From NCBI RefSeq assembly GCF_001194135.2, contig NC_068988.1, positions 45,963,668 to 46,027,667 of the forward strand: a stretch of 64,000 nucleotides of DNA. Reading direction: 5' to 3'. Below are positions 62,915 through 64,000 of the stretch, piece after piece. The notes beneath the pieces are model-generated. The model saw nothing but the letters and a program-made list of their open reading frames with translations, was not told where the DNA came from and did not search any database. The position numbers and the translations under genes were made by a program. The first letter of the stretch is position 1. Each line of letters starts with the position of its first letter. The stretch is from Octopus bimaculoides. Taxonomy: Eukaryota.

Positions 62915-63122
62915 TACTCTAGGCACAGGGCCCGAAATTTTTGGAGAGGGACCCAGTCAATTAGGTCAACCCCAGTATGCAACTGGTATTTGATTTATTG
63001 ACCCTGAAAGGATGAAAGGCAAAGTCGACCTTGGTGGAATTTGAACTCAGAACGTAAAGATAGACAAAATATCACTAAGAATTTTGCCTCATGAGCTAGC
63101 GTTTCTGCCAGTTTACCACCTT
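62915..63122 (-). mobile_element. SINE family B
   Basis: Full monomer, homologous to 38995-39212. Confidence 0.9.
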
Positions 63123-63202
63123 AAAAACAACATAAAATATTGGTAAGGAGATTATTTCAAATAATAGGTCTGCTTGATCATGGCTGACCTAAGACTAAGC
63201 AT

Positions 63203-63204
63203 CG

Positions 63205-63240
<36 letters not shown>

Positions 63241-63660
63241 CCATCATCGTCGTCGTCATCATCAGCAGCAGCAATAGTAATAGAGAGTAGTAGCTGCAGT
63301 GGTAGCAACATCAGCATCAGTGGCAACAGCAACAACTATAACAACAACAACAACAATGACAGTAACAATGACAATAACAACAACAATAATGACAACAACA
63401 GCAGCTACTACTACTACTACTACTACTGCAGCAGCAGCAGCAGCAATAGCAGTGATAGCAATAGCTGCAACAACAGTAGTAGCAGCAGTAGTAGCAGCAG
63501 CAGCAGCAGCAGCAGCAGTAGCAACAATAACAACAACTACAGTAATAACAACATCAACAGCAACAGTAACACCAGCTGCAGCAGCAACAACAACAGCAAT
63601 AATACTAACAAAGGCAGTAATACTAGGAACAATCATGATGTTGGCAATGACAACAAGAAC
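63203..63660. repeat. Long compound trinucleotide microsatellite (CAT)(GCA)(ACA)(CTA)(GTA)
   Basis: Read directly. It is the source of the poly-Thr/Ala/Val pseudo-ORFs. Confidence 0.95.
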
Positions 63661-64000
63661 AACAAATTCACTACAACAAACGTTTTCTCTACAATTGCTG
63701 ATGCACCAGGAAAAAAACAGCCGAGGTATTTTAAAGCCGTTAGCTAAACAGAATATTGGAATGACAAATATTTATGATACATTGAAACTCTAGAATTTCT
63801 TAACACTATTTTGATTGATTAACATCCAACCTCTTTAGGAGAATCTGCTCAGCCATTTGATATTACTGAGAGAGAACTGCAGCAACTTACAGTCTGCAAA
63901 ATGATGTATAATGATGTATATGACACGTACACAACCACACACACACATATTTGTATGTGCATATATATATGTATGTATATATATATATATATATATATAT

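Noticed and set aside
63262-63793. Poly-Thr/Ala/Val, poly-Leu, poly-His and poly-Asn ORFs (also 4076-4440, 12916-13176, 23052-23360, 25244-25472, 41408-41738)
   Set aside because: They are translations of trinucleotide microsatellites with no splice or domain support.

Overview
This is repeat-rich, AT-rich eukaryotic genomic DNA from a draft assembly with seven N gaps. The SINE, LINE and mariner families and the dense microsatellites resemble an octopod cephalopod genome such as Octopus; this is an inference from pattern recognition, not a database result. No intact long ORF is present, and nearly all ORF-track entries are microsatellite, gap or SINE artefacts. Supported content: (1) many tRNA-derived SINEs and (GAT)n-tailed short retroposons; (2) decayed retroelements, namely an internally deleted Ty3/Gypsy, several Penelope-like elements (PLEs) and RTE, CR1-like and I-like LINE fragments; (3) decayed DNA transposons, namely an intron-containing hAT (hATm-like), two DD37D mariner pieces, a piggyBac-type MITE, a Helentron-type HINE and a foldback palindrome; (4) short, phase-compatible candidate exons of an unidentified plus-strand gene. 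The most interesting signals are RNA structures. They are three hammerhead-ribozyme motifs in PLE terminal repeats (one nearly perfect, inside a 350-bp retrozyme-like unit), a pre-miRNA-like hairpin at 18.55 kb, and several long inverted repeats that could be ADAR or siRNA substrates. All coordinates, translations and folds were worked out by hand; boundaries of degenerate repeats are approximate.
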